Position numbers and translations under genes: made by a program. The notes beneath the pieces are model-generated. The model ran no database searches. It had not been told where the DNA came from and saw only the letters and a list, made by a program, of their open reading frames with translations. This document shows positions 8,213 through 18,174 of a DNA stretch of 40,463 nucleotides, in pieces. Source of the DNA: an uncultured Pseudomonadota bacterium (GTDB taxonomy: Bacteria; Pseudomonadota; Alphaproteobacteria; Rs-D84); assembly GCA_949288265.1 (NCBI GenBank), contig CASEJM010000009.1, positions 1-40,463 of the forward strand, written 5' to 3'. Each line of letters opens with the position of its first letter. Position 1 is the stretch's first letter.

Positions 8213-8872
8213 ATGGTTGATATTATGATTGCCGGCGAGGCCGGAAATTTACATGCGGTTTATCATAAGTCAGATACTCCTGCTGCCCCGTTGGCGGTTG
8301 TGCTATCCGGTAATCCACGTCAGAAGTATCATATGAACGATCGTGTTGCTTACGCGATGTTTCGGGCGTTTATGGATATCGGATTTTCTGTTGTTCGTTT
8401 TAATTATAGAGGTGTAAATTATTCTGAAGGTGCAATCGGTACCACAACTGAAAATATGCTGGATATAGCAACGGTTATAGATTGGATTCAGAATAGAAAT
8501 GAAGATAGTGACCGTATCTGGTTGGCGGGTAATCAACTTGGGGCGTGGTACGTTTTACAGGCAATGATGCGACGCCCAGAAGTTTCTGGTTTTGCGCTGG
8601 TATCGCCTGACCCGTCTATTTCAGATTTTGCTTTCCTTTCTCCTCGCCCTAATCGTGGTTTGCTGTTACAGGGGGCAAATGAATCTGATGAAGCAAAAAG
8701 TTTTGCTACGCATTTAACCCAGATTTTGAAAAAACAGGCGCAAATAGATTTAGAAACTATACGCGTTAAAAATGCTGATGAGCATTATTCTCAACCAGCG
8801 GATTTACGTCAGATGTATAATGATTTAAAAGCATATGTTGGACGTGAAAATGCCGATAATAAATTATTGTAA
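8213..8872 (+). CDS. Alpha/beta-hydrolase-fold protein with degenerate catalytic motif
   Basis: GFSVVRFNYRGV..SEG, AMMRRPEV.GF, DFAFLSPRP match the small alphaproteobacterial hydrolase family; nucleophile elbow reads GNQLG. Confidence 0.8.
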   Translation: MVDIMIAGEAGNLHAVYHKSDTPAAPLAVVLSGNPRQKYHMNDRVAYAMFRAFMDIGFSVVRFNYRGVNYSEGAIGTTTENMLDIATVIDWIQNRNEDSDRIWLAGNQLGAWYVLQAMMRRPEVSGFALVSPDPSISDFAFLSPRPNRGLLLQGANESDEAKSFATHLTQILKKQAQIDLETIRVKNADEHYSQPADLRQMYNDLKAYVGRENADNKLL

Positions 8873-8880
8873 CATAAAAA

Positions 8881-9873
8881 ATGCAAAATAATACTGAACG
8901 TTTTTTTGATCCAAATATACCAGATGAAATTAGTGCGTCAATCAGACCGCATTCTTTAAGTGACTTCATCGGGCACGATGCATTAAAACAGAATTTGTCC
9001 GTGTTTATATCTGGTGCAAAGTCTCGTGGCGAGGCAATGGATCACGTATTGTTATACGGGCCACCGGGGTTGGGTAAAACCACGTTGGCGCATATTGTGG
9101 CTAATGAGTTAGGTACTAATTTTCGTGCGACTGCTGCACCCATGCTAACAAAACAAGGGGATTTAGCGGCAATATTGACGTCTTTGGAACCGATGGATGT
9201 TTTGTTTATTGATGAAATACATCGTTTGCCAACGGCAATAGAAGAAGTTTTATATTCGGCTATGGAGGACTTTAAACTTGATATTATGTTGGGTGAAGGT
9301 CCTTCTGCCAAAAGCGTTCGTATTGATTTACCTCCCTTTACGCTTGTCGGGGCAACAACAAGAACAGGTTTGTTATCCAATCCGTTACGTGATAGATTTG
9401 GTATTGATTTACGTTTGTCTTTTTATTCTTCTGATGATTTGGCTCGCATAATTATGCGTAGTGCTAAAATATTAGGAACACCAATCGATGAAATTGGTGC
9501 GCATATGTTGGCAAAAAGTGCGCGCGGAACACCACGTATTGCTAATCGGTTATTAAAAAGGGCTCGTGATTTTGCGGCAGCTCTTGGACGTAACGTAATT
9601 TCTGCAGATACGATAAAGACGACTTTGGTACAATTACATATTGACGATAGTGGTTTAGATGAATTAGACCGTGAATATATGATGGCAATAATTCGTAATT
9701 ATGCCGGTGGACCGGTCGGTATAGAAAATCTTGCTGCGGCCCTGTCGGAGCCCGCTGATACCATAGAAGACGTTATTGAACCGTATTTGATGCAGTTAGG
9801 GTTTATTCAACGTACACCGCGTGGGCGCATTGTAACAGATGCGGGGTACGCACATTTAGGTTTAGTAAAATAA
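8881..9873 (+). CDS. ruvB: Holliday junction branch migration helicase RuvB
   Basis: [53 protein letters not shown]. Confidence 0.98.
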   Translation: MQNNTERFFDPNIPDEISASIRPHSLSDFIGHDALKQNLSVFISGAKSRGEAMDHVLLYGPPGLGKTTLAHIVANELGTNFRATAAPMLTKQGDLAAILTSLEPMDVLFIDEIHRLPTAIEEVLYSAMEDFKLDIMLGEGPSAKSVRIDLPPFTLVGATTRTGLLSNPLRDRFGIDLRLSFYSSDDLARIIMRSAKILGTPIDEIGAHMLAKSARGTPRIANRLLKRARDFAAALGRNVISADTIKTTLVQLHIDDSGLDELDREYMMAIIRNYAGGPVGIENLAAALSEPADTIEDVIEPYLMQLGFIQRTPRGRIVTDAGYAHLGLVK

Positions 9874-9883
9874 AGGGAAAGTT

Positions 9884-10390
9884 ATGCAAGGTATAGATAG
9901 AGCAAGAATTTTTATTCCTTATTCAATAGATTATAATTTAAAAAATAGATCATATGGAAGAACTCGTTTTTTGGGTGGCGATGAAATAATGTATGAAATG
10001 TATAAATATTTAGGCGCTAATTCCGACGATTACAATAAGTATGAGAATTTTTATAAAATATTATCGTTAACATATAATATGGATTTGTCTAAATTACCGG
10101 CTGTCAGACCATACATAAGTTATGTCGACTATGTAAAAGAATACAAAGGTACGAATATCGAGAAAGACAATTTGGCAATTGAAAATTTAAAACGTAATAA
10201 TGTTTTGATTATAAAAGATTCAGAAGAACGTGAATTTATAGAGCATGTACATTTTAATTTTATTGGGGAAAATCTGGGAGTGCGTAAATTTGAATACAAG
10301 AAACAAATACCGCAAAGATTTTTAACTTTAAAAGATAAAGAAATTGTAAATATCATGCGTCAAATGGCGGTTGTTTCTTATTCTCGTTAA
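9884..10390 (+). CDS. Hypothetical AT-rich protein inserted between ruvB and ybgC
   Basis: 168-aa ORF with AAGGGA SD, exactly fills the gap; Tyr/Lys/Asn-rich, no motif recognised. Confidence 0.7.
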   Translation: MQGIDRARIFIPYSIDYNLKNRSYGRTRFLGGDEIMYEMYKYLGANSDDYNKYENFYKILSLTYNMDLSKLPAVRPYISYVDYVKEYKGTNIEKDNLAIENLKRNNVLIIKDSEEREFIEHVHFNFIGENLGVRKFEYKKQIPQRFLTLKDKEIVNIMRQMAVVSYSR

Positions 10391-10403
10391 TATAGGATAA
10401 AAA

Positions 10404-10781
10404 ATGAAAATTCATAAATTCCCGTTCGCTATTGCGTATGCAGATACAGATGCAGGAGGTATCGTCTATCATGGGCGTTATATAGAAATTGCTGAGCGAG
10501 CTCGGATGGATGTCTTGCGTGGTATGAAATTTCCAGATGGTGATGTTGGGTTTGTAGTTCGCGATTTAAAAATTCGTTATGTTCGGCCGTTGTTTCTTGC
10601 AGATATGGTAGAGGTTGAAACTGTTGTAATTAAAATGGGGGCGGCGTCATTGTCTGTTGAACAAAAGTTCGTGAAAGACGGTGAAATTTGTGCTATACTA
10701 TACGCAACTGCGGCATATATAGGGGGAAATTTACAACCTAAGCGTATACCAGAAAGTGTCGCCAAATTATTCAGAGAATAA
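10404..10781 (+). CDS. ybgC: YbgC-like acyl-CoA thioesterase
   Basis: YADTDAGGIVYHGRY..AERAR hot-dog signature; located before tolQ. Confidence 0.9.
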   Translation: MKIHKFPFAIAYADTDAGGIVYHGRYIEIAERARMDVLRGMKFPDGDVGFVVRDLKIRYVRPLFLADMVEVETVVIKMGAASLSVEQKFVKDGEICAILYATAAYIGGNLQPKRIPESVAKLFRE

Positions 10782-10807
10782 ATTTTATAAAATAAAGGGT
10801 AAAAATT

Positions 10808-11308
10808 ATGACTAATACGTTTTCTTTGTTAACGTTATTTACTGGGGATTTTATGACTTTATTTATATCCTTGGTTTTGGTATTTGGCAGCATTATGTCG
10901 TGGGCGATAATAATAGAAAAAATTCGTCTTTGGCGACTTCAGAAAAAAAATCCTATTCAAATAAAAAGTAGCGATAATTTATCTGTTGTTGCAGATAAAT
11001 TAATACGACCGTTTGATAGAAATTTGTGGTTTTTGTCTATGGTTTCGTATGTTTCTCCTTTCATAGGTTTGTTTGGAACAATTTGGGGTGTTATGGATTC
11101 TTTTGCGTCGATTGGCGTAAATCAGTCTGTTTCTATTGGGGTAATTGCACCTGGATTGGCAACAGCTTTGGGGACAACTGCCTTGGGATTGATTGCGGCC
11201 GTACCTGCGGCAATTGCCTATCAGTATTTCAGCAAAAAATCTGATGATTTGTACGATAATTTAATTGAAACGTGCAAAGAGATGAAAGACACTAGGTCAA
11301 AAAAATAA
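10808..11308 (+). CDS. tolQ: TolQ (MotA/TolQ/ExbB family), short form
   Basis: SIMSWAIIIEK, SPFIGLFGTIWGVMDSF, IAPGLATALGTTALGLIAAVPA. Confidence 0.88.
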   Translation: MTNTFSLLTLFTGDFMTLFISLVLVFGSIMSWAIIIEKIRLWRLQKKNPIQIKSSDNLSVVADKLIRPFDRNLWFLSMVSYVSPFIGLFGTIWGVMDSFASIGVNQSVSIGVIAPGLATALGTTALGLIAAVPAAIAYQYFSKKSDDLYDNLIETCKEMKDTRSKK

Positions 11309-11326
11309 TCAATCGGAGACTTAATA

Positions 11327-11731
11327 ATGTCGCGCAGAAGATTTAGAAATTCAGATGCTAGTATATCTTTGACACCGATGATAGACATTATGACGGTGTT
11401 ACTTGCGGTATTTATGGTAACTACCCCTATGCTAACAACTGGAATTGATTTAAATTTACCAAAGGCAGGAAATTCTGCTTTGACTGGTAATGATCATGCC
11501 GTTCAGATAAGTGTGGATAAAAACGGTCACTACTATGTCGGAAAAACAGAAATGTCGATGAATGACGCCGTCGCAAAGGTTGTTGCAATGCGTGGTGAAA
11601 ATTCAGATTTGACGATAATGATAAATGGTGACGCTGCTGCAGATTATGGCGCCGTTATGTCAATTATGGGTAAGTTAAAAAGTGCAGGTTTTCAAAAAGT
11701 CGGCTTACGTACTCAGTTAGATATTGAATGA
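11327..11731 (+). CDS. tolR: TolR (ExbD/TolR family)
   Basis: ISLTPMIDIMTVLL..FMVTTPML, GD..ADYG.VM..L..AGF.KVGL. Confidence 0.9.
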   Translation: MSRRRFRNSDASISLTPMIDIMTVLLAVFMVTTPMLTTGIDLNLPKAGNSALTGNDHAVQISVDKNGHYYVGKTEMSMNDAVAKVVAMRGENSDLTIMINGDAAADYGAVMSIMGKLKSAGFQKVGLRTQLDIE

Positions 11732-12501
11732 AAATAATGAATTTAGGTAATAGATTTTCATCAGAAAATTTTTTGATGTCTGTATGTGGGCACTTGGTAT
11801 TAGTTGCAATAATGCTAACTTCTTTTTCGTTAGTGGTTGATCGCGCAATGTTAGTCGCACCAGATAGAATAGAAATTTTAGAAATAGATTTAAGTTCCGT
11901 CCGCGTTAGTGGGGATGAAACCATATTACATAACGTGAACGAAGATGCGGAACCTGAACCAGAAATAGAAGCTGAAAAAAAAGCTTCTGTTACACCAGAA
12001 CCTATAGAAGAAGTGTCTGATGAACCCATTGTTGTCCCCAGTTTGGTTGAGAATGTTAAGCCAAAGATCCCTGAACCGGTTGTAAAACCAGTTGAAAATC
12101 AAGACGCGACAGATAAAAAAGAAGAGACGCCAAAAAAGAAAAAGACAGTTGTTCGTGTTAATCGTGAGGTTGTGTCTTTAGATAGAACTTTGACTGTTTC
12201 TGTTGTGGACGCTTTACGTGTAGCGATGACTCGTTGTTGGAATGTAGATACGAAACGCCCAGATATATCAGATATTAGGGCTGTGGCTCATTTGATCATG
12301 CGACGTAACGGCACTGTGCGAGATGTTTGGTTTGAATCGGCGGCGCGTGCAGAAACTGATCCTGCCTTTGCGTATGTTCTGGATACAATACGTACAGCCA
12401 TAGAAGTATGTCAGCCCTTTAAAATGTTGCCCGCCGGGGAATTTGATAAATGGGAAAAAATCCAGTTGACTTTCTATCCGACCCAAGGAAAAGTCATGTA
12501 A
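11728..12501 (+). CDS. tolA: TolA-like energy transducer
   Basis: N-terminal TM with SxxxH (SVCGH), Pro/Glu/Lys-rich linker, C-domain RCWN..CQPF..LP...W; ATGA overlap with tolR. Confidence 0.8.
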   Translation: MKIMNLGNRFSSENFLMSVCGHLVLVAIMLTSFSLVVDRAMLVAPDRIEILEIDLSSVRVSGDETILHNVNEDAEPEPEIEAEKKASVTPEPIEEVSDEPIVVPSLVENVKPKIPEPVVKPVENQDATDKKEETPKKKKTVVRVNREVVSLDRTLTVSVVDALRVAMTRCWNVDTKRPDISDIRAVAHLIMRRNGTVRDVWFESAARAETDPAFAYVLDTIRTAIEVCQPFKMLPAGEFDKWEKIQLTFYPTQGKVM

Positions 12502-12585
12502 AATTCTAAATAAACTTTGGTTTTTCTGTTAAGAAAATTTAATTTTGTCCAGTTAAATAAATATAAATATTTTTTTATTTTGCGG

Positions 12586-12615
12586 TTGCTCTAGCGACGT
12601 TTTTTTTGCTATCGT
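12586..12615 (+). promoter_or_regulatory. Putative dnaE promoter (leaderless-type)
   Basis: TTGCTC, 18 bp, TG-C-TATCGT, ending 6 nt before ATG 12622; no SD. Confidence 0.45.
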
Positions 12616-12621
12616 GCCGGT

Positions 12622-15600
12622 ATGGAAAATCAATTCGTTCATCTTCGTACGCATTCCAGAATTTCTATTGGTGCAGGAACACTAAAAATTAAGCAAATTC
12701 CGGATTTGTGTGTAAAAAACAATATGACAGCGTGCGCATTGACTGATACGAATATGATGTCTGGTTGTGCAGAATTTTCGGATGTAATGCCAAAAAATAA
12801 GATACAACCAATAATAGGTATAGAAATTACTTTAAATCATCATCATAATGCGGACCCTAAAATATTACGCGCGAATTCGCTTTCTAGGATAGTTTTGTTG
12901 GCGCAGAACCATGATGGTTATTTGAATTTATGCGAACTAAGTCGGGTAATGTATATGCGTCAGGATAATCATCATCTGGGACCATACATAACATTTGATG
13001 AGTTAAGTAAGAATTCTTTGGGATTGATTTGTTTGTCTGGTGCGCAAACGGGGCCTATTGGTATGGCAATATTGAATAATCAGGGAAATCTGGCTTGTCA
13101 ATATGCGCAGCAATTTCTGGATGTTTTCGGTAACCGTTTTTACATAGAAATTCAACGGCATGGTTTGACGGAAGAAATAAAGACAGAGCCAGAATTTTTA
13201 AAAATCGCACTGGAAAAAAACATACCTATAGTTGCAACAAATGATGTGGTTTTTGCTACACCGCACGATTATGAGGCAGAAGATGCTTTAAGTTGCGTTT
13301 TAGGGCAAACAAAGGTTATTGATCCTGATCGCCCGCGTAAATCATCCGAGCAATATTTTAAGACTGCAGATGAAATGGCAGAGCTGTTTTCAGATTTACC
13401 AGAAGCCATAGAAAACACAGTTGCAATTGCCAAAAGATGCGGTTTTATGGTGAATGTTCATGAAAAACCTTTATTGCCTAGGTTTGGTAATGATCTGGAA
13501 CAAGAATGTCAGATGTTACGGGAACATACTATGACTGGTTTGGCAAAGAAACTAAAACAGCACGGTATAAAAGATACTAAGCCGTATTATGAACAGGCTG
13601 AATTTGAACTGGGGGTCATAATTAATATGGGATTCCCAGGGTACTTTCTTATAGTTGCAGATTATATTGATTGGTGTCGGAAAAATGATATTTTGACGGG
13701 GCCCGGACGTGGTTCGGGTGCAGGTTCTATTGTTGCGTGGGCTTTGGGAATTACGCATGTTAATCCGTTGAAATATGGTTTGTTGTTTGAGCGTTTCTTA
13801 AATCCTGATCGTATTTCTATGCCCGATTTTGACGTCGATTTTGAACCAACCGGAATTGAACGAGTTTTGGCTTATATATGTGATAAATATGGCCATGATT
13901 CAGTGTGTCGTATAATTACGTTTGGTAGTTTACAGGCGCGTGGGGCGATTCGTGATATAGGACGAGTTTATGGCATCCCCTACTCTAAATCTGATAGGTT
14001 ATCTAAGCTTATACCCCAAGACGCAAAAACTTTGAAAGATGCTGTTGGCGCGTCACCAGAAATTCAAGAAGTTTTACGTTCTGATGAAGATATGAACAAG
14101 GTTGTTACAATCGCAGAAGAGTTAGAGGGTTCTTTGCGTAATCTTGGGCAACACGCCTGCGGAGTGGTTATTGGTGACAGACCTACAACAAAAATTGCGC
14201 CGGTTTATCGTGACCCTGCAAATGCTTTGCCGTCATGTCAGTTTGATGGGCATTATCTGGAATCTGCAGGTTTGATTAAGTTTGACTTTTTGGGGTTAGA
14301 AACTTTGGCTGTGCTGAAGTATGCAATTAAACTAATTCAGCAGACGCGCGGTATAAATATAGATCTGGACAAAATACCAACAGACGATGAAAAAACTATG
14401 AAGCTGTGGCAATCTGGAATGACAGAAGGAATATTCCAATTTGATGCCCCTTTTGTGCAGCAGACTTTGCGTAAAATGCACCCCACAAATTTTCTAGAAA
14501 TTTCTGCTTTGAATGCACTTAATCGCCCAGGACCAATTGCTTTTATTCCGCAGTTCATTGCCCGTATGCATGGCGAAGAAAAGGTTGAATATGTACACCC
14601 TAAGGCGGAACCTATATTAAAAGAAACTTATGGCATCATTGTTTATCAGGAACAGGTTATGCAGTTAACGCGTGCACTGGCTGGTTTTACTCGTGGGCAA
14701 TCTGATAACGTGCGAAAGGCTATGGGTAAAAAAATTGCCAAGATGTTGGACGAATTAGAAGGCAAATTTTATGAAGGTTGTGAAAAAGAAAAAACATTAA
14801 ATCGCGAAGAAGCAAAAGATTTGTGGGAAAAATTCAAAGAATTTGCTAAATATGCTTTTAATAAATCGCACGCCATTGCTTATTCGATTGTTGCTAATCA
14901 GTGCGCGTATTTAAAGGCTAATTATACCCCAGAATTTTTGGCGGCATCTATGTCAAGTAATTTAAATGATACGGATCAATTGGCATTGTTTGTAGATGAC
15001 GCTAAGTCAAATTTTGGTATACAAATTGTTGCCCCAGATATAAATGAAAGTGAGTCTTTGTTTACCGTACGAAACGGAAAAATAATATACGCGTTAGCGG
15101 CAATTAAAGGTGTTGGAACCGTTGCGACAGATGCCATAGTCGCAGAAAGAAATACGAACGGGAAGTTTAAAAATTTAACCGATTTTGCAAAACGTTGTGC
15201 ACCAATTATAAATAAAAGAATATTGGAAGCGTTCGCAAAAGTTGGGGTTTTGGACTCCTTGGAACCTAATCGTGCGGCAATATTTATGAATGCAGACGCG
15301 ATATTATCTTACGCCTCAAAATCTAAGGACGGTGCTAATTCTTTGTCGTTATTTGCAAATACCATAGAGGATGACGTTACTGAAGATAGGTTGAAAAAGA
15401 ATTTACCACATACATCACCGTGGACATTTGCGCAACGTCTGGAAAATGAATTATCTGCTCTTGGCTTTTATATATCGGCGCATCCCCTTGATCAGTATAA
15501 GCATCTTATTGCTCGTGCTAAATTAGCTACCAGTGCTACTTTGGTAAGTTTAGGAGATAGAAAACAGGTACAAATTGCCGCGACCGTAAGTTCTTTTTCT

Positions 15601-16035
15601 CGTCGTCGTACTAAGGCTGGTAAAGAGATGATAACGATAAATGCATCGGATAGTTATGGTAATATTGATGCGGTCGCTTTTGGGCAGAATTCGTCAGAAT
15701 TTGCACAAATTTTGTCTAATGAGACATTGGTTTTGATTTCAGGTAAGACTTCATGCCGTGATGATAGAGTTTCTATTTTTGTTGATTCCATTATACCGCT
15801 TACGCAATGGGTTGCCAGAATAGCAAAGAAAATTACTTTAGAGATATATAACGGAAACGTTTTACCAGATGTAAAAAAAGCAATTACGGCGTTACCATCA
15901 GGTAAGACGAAAGTTGTATTAAATCTTCATGCGGGTGATAAGGTGGCTTCTATGGTTCTGCCTGGTGGAGTTGAGTTAGGAGAAACAACAGCAAATGATT
16001 TCATTAATTTAGGAATAAGGGTTGAAATAGAATAA
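12622..16035 (+). CDS. dnaE: DNA polymerase III alpha subunit
   Basis: PHP FVHLRTHS, GPGRGSGAGS, FERFLNPDRISMPDFDVDF, KFDFLGL, YAFNKSH, OB-fold. Confidence 0.98.
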   Translation: MENQFVHLRTHSRISIGAGTLKIKQIPDLCVKNNMTACALTDTNMMSGCAEFSDVMPKNKIQPIIGIEITLNHHHNADPKILRANSLSRIVLLAQNHDGYLNLCELSRVMYMRQDNHHLGPYITFDELSKNSLGLICLSGAQTGPIGMAILNNQGNLACQYAQQFLDVFGNRFYIEIQRHGLTEEIKTEPEFLKIALEKNIPIVATNDVVFATPHDYEAEDALSCVLGQTKVIDPDRPRKSSEQYFKTADEMAELFSDLPEAIENTVAIAKRCGFMVNVHEKPLLPRFGNDLEQECQMLREHTMTGLAKKLKQHGIKDTKPYYEQAEFELGVIINMGFPGYFLIVADYIDWCRKNDILTGPGRGSGAGSIVAWALGITHVNPLKYGLLFERFLNPDRISMPDFDVDFEPTGIERVLAYICDKYGHDSVCRIITFGSLQARGAIRDIGRVYGIPYSKSDRLSKLIPQDAKTLKDAVGASPEIQEVLRSDEDMNKVVTIAEELEGSLRNLGQHACGVVIGDRPTTKIAPVYRDPANALPSCQFDGHYLESAGLIKFDFLGLETLAVLKYAIKLIQQTRGINIDLDKIPTDDEKTMKLWQSGMTEGIFQFDAPFVQQTLRKMHPTNFLEISALNALNRPGPIAFIPQFIARMHGEEKVEYVHPKAEPILKETYGIIVYQEQVMQLTRALAGFTRGQSDNVRKAMGKKIAKMLDELEGKFYEGCEKEKTLNREEAKDLWEKFKEFAKYAFNKSHAIAYSIVANQCAYLKANYTPEFLAASMSSNLNDTDQLALFVDDAKSNFGIQIVAPDINESESLFTVRNGKIIYALAAIKGVGTVATDAIVAERNTNGKFKNLTDFAKRCAPIINKRILEAFAKVGVLDSLEPNRAAIFMNADAILSYASKSKDGANSLSLFANTIEDDVTEDRLKKNLPHTSPWTFAQRLENELSALGFYISAHPLDQYKHLIARAKLATSATLVSLGDRKQVQIAATVSSFSRRRTKAGKEMITINASDSYGNIDAVAFGQNSSEFAQILSNETLVLISGKTSCRDDRVSIFVDSIIPLTQWVARIAKKITLEIYNGNVLPDVKKAITALPSGKTKVVLNLHAGDKVASMVLPGGVELGETTANDFINLGIRVEIE

Positions 16036-16880
16036 TGAAGCATATTCCAGTATTATTAGATTCTGTAATGCAGGCTTTGGGAAATATAAAAGGCAAGAAA
16101 ATTGTTGATGCAACATTTGGTGCCGGTGGATATTCTAGGGCTTTTTTAAATGCGGGGGCCAAAGTAGTCGCTTTTGATCGTGACCCCAATGTTTTTTCTG
16201 ATGCAGAAAAAATGCTTACAGAATTTAAGGGAAATTTTGAATTTATACCTAGTTCTTTTTCTGGTATTGCAGAATTACCGGAGGTATATGATGCAATAGT
16301 ATTTGATTTAGGGATTTCTTCTATGCAAATAGATGTGCCCGAGCGCGGTTTTTCTTTCCGTTGGGATGGACCACTTGATATGCGTATGGCAGGAGTGGGC
16401 ATGTCGGCTTTCGATTTAATTAAAAATTCATCTGTTGAGGATCTTGTAAGTATATTAAAAAATTACGGTGATGTAAAAAAGGCGGGCGTTTTAGCCAAAG
16501 CTATAAAAGCAAAACTTCCAAAAACAACTTTTGAATTAAAAGAATTAATTCATGACCAACGTGATGTTGCACCCGTCTTTCAAGCGCTTCGTATCGCAGT
16601 TAACGATGAAATGGGAGAATTAACAAGGGCTTTAGCGGTTGTACCCGAAAAGTTAAATGTCGGTGGTAAATGTATATGTGTAACCTTTCATTCGATTGAA
16701 GATAGAATTGTAAAAAATACTTTTAGACAATGGACAACTCCGTCAGGAGACCCTAGGTTGCCGGTACTTACAGAGGCTGCTTTTATTAAAATTAAAACGG
16801 CGACCCCGTCAGATGAAGAATTAGAAAAAAATATGCGTGCGCGTAGTGCTCATATGCGAGGTGTGATAAAATCATATTGA
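16035..16880 (+). CDS. rsmH: 16S rRNA m4C1402 methyltransferase
   Basis: HIPVLL, DATFGAGGYS, DLGISSMQID..RGFSF..GPLDMRM, FQALRIAVNDE, FHSIEDRIVK, RARSA. Confidence 0.96.
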   Translation: MKHIPVLLDSVMQALGNIKGKKIVDATFGAGGYSRAFLNAGAKVVAFDRDPNVFSDAEKMLTEFKGNFEFIPSSFSGIAELPEVYDAIVFDLGISSMQIDVPERGFSFRWDGPLDMRMAGVGMSAFDLIKNSSVEDLVSILKNYGDVKKAGVLAKAIKAKLPKTTFELKELIHDQRDVAPVFQALRIAVNDEMGELTRALAVVPEKLNVGGKCICVTFHSIEDRIVKNTFRQWTTPSGDPRLPVLTEAAFIKIKTATPSDEELEKNMRARSAHMRGVIKSY

Positions 16881-16937
16881 CCTAGTTGTATGATTTTTTG
16901 TACGATAAAAAAAACAAATAAAAACTGGAGTTTGATT

Positions 16938-17450
16938 ATGAAAAAAGTATTGTCAGTGATGTTTTTTTCCGTTTTGGCGACGATAATGATATTACCTGTT
17001 GCCCAGGCAGTGTGCCCTGTTTGTACTGTGGCAGTTGGTGCGGGTTTAGAGGGTATGCGTTTATTGGGCGTTGATGACGTAATAACAGGTATCTGGGCAG
17101 GTGGTTTAACTTTGTCCCTGTTCTTTTGGACCGCGGGCTGGTTAAAGAAGCATAATGTAAAAAGTGCTTTTTGGCAAATTGTCGTACCATTCGTTTTTTA
17201 TTACGGTTTATTGGCGTTAGTTTATGCCCTGCCGGGGGTTCATTTCGGTGCTTCGACTTTATGTGGTGTGGATAAGTTTTTATTGGGTATAATTGTTGGT
17301 ACAATAGCGTTTTATTTAGGGGCCCGTTGGTATGTAAAAATAAAACGTGAAAATGGGGGGCACGCAAAGTTTGCCTTTCAGAAAGTTGTTGTTCCTTTAT
17401 CGTTTTTAATAGTTGCGACGATAATATTCTGGTTTATCACAAAATGTTAA
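16938..17450 (+). CDS. Membrane protein with N-terminal CPVC motif
   Basis: SD GGAG then ATG 16938; signal-like segment ending AQA, then VCPVC; about four hydrophobic helices; ends in Cys. Confidence 0.8.
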   Translation: MKKVLSVMFFSVLATIMILPVAQAVCPVCTVAVGAGLEGMRLLGVDDVITGIWAGGLTLSLFFWTAGWLKKHNVKSAFWQIVVPFVFYYGLLALVYALPGVHFGASTLCGVDKFLLGIIVGTIAFYLGARWYVKIKRENGGHAKFAFQKVVVPLSFLIVATIIFWFITKC

Positions 17451-17478
17451 GCTTTGTTTATAGAAAGGAAGGTATAAT

Positions 17479-18114
17479 ATGAAAACAAAATCTGTTAAAA
17501 AGTCTGACGTAAAAAAAGCAGACAATAAATCTTCAAAGTCAACAAAAATGTCGTTAGAAGAAATGATTGAAAAGGTTGATGCTGCAAAAAAAGTTAACCC
17601 TTTAGATTTATCTTCTGATCAAGATTTATCCATTGCTTTAATGAATTTGGTTTCTTTAGAAGAACATTTCTTTTTTAGCGGTGCTAAAACTCAGAAAACT
17701 GGTTTTTATGATTTAATAAATACCGTTCGTGATATGCGTAAAGAATTGATGGCGCGCATCGTAAAAAAATCTACATCTGAAAATGGTGAGGTATGGTGTA
17801 TTTCAAAGCATTTGTTGGCAGCGTCGATGCGTTTAATGGAAGTCGGAACGAAAGCTTTAGGGGCTGGAAATAAACGTGACGCATATAATTTATTTAATAA
17901 ATCATATGAATTGTATTCTTTATTCTGGGGTATAAATATGGATTTAATTGATTTAACTGGTGTAAAAAAAATCGCTCCAGAAGTATATGCTTCTTGTGTT
18001 GTTGACGGTAAAAAGACAGAACCTGAGGTTGAAAAAGATATAAAAGAATCAAAATCCGCTGTGCGTCGTCTGGGAGATTGGGTAAAAAATGCAGTAAATT
18101 GTTGCATAGAATAA
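17479..18114 (+). CDS. Hypothetical helical cytoplasmic protein (SLEEH, WCISKH, C-terminal CCIE)
   Basis: SD AAGGAAGG; 211 aa, amphipathic helices; 28 bp downstream of the CPVC gene. Confidence 0.82.
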   Translation: MKTKSVKKSDVKKADNKSSKSTKMSLEEMIEKVDAAKKVNPLDLSSDQDLSIALMNLVSLEEHFFFSGAKTQKTGFYDLINTVRDMRKELMARIVKKSTSENGEVWCISKHLLAASMRLMEVGTKALGAGNKRDAYNLFNKSYELYSLFWGINMDLIDLTGVKKIAPEVYASCVVDGKKTEPEVEKDIKESKSAVRRLGDWVKNAVNCCIE

Positions 18115-18174
18115 AAATGCTTGTTGATTAAGTCTATGCAAAAATGATAAAATGCAGAAAGAGAGAAGTGAAAT

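Noticed and set aside
12529-12556. CtrA box upstream of dnaE
   Set aside because: TTAA half-sites are spaced by 6 and 10 nt rather than 7, in very AT-rich DNA.
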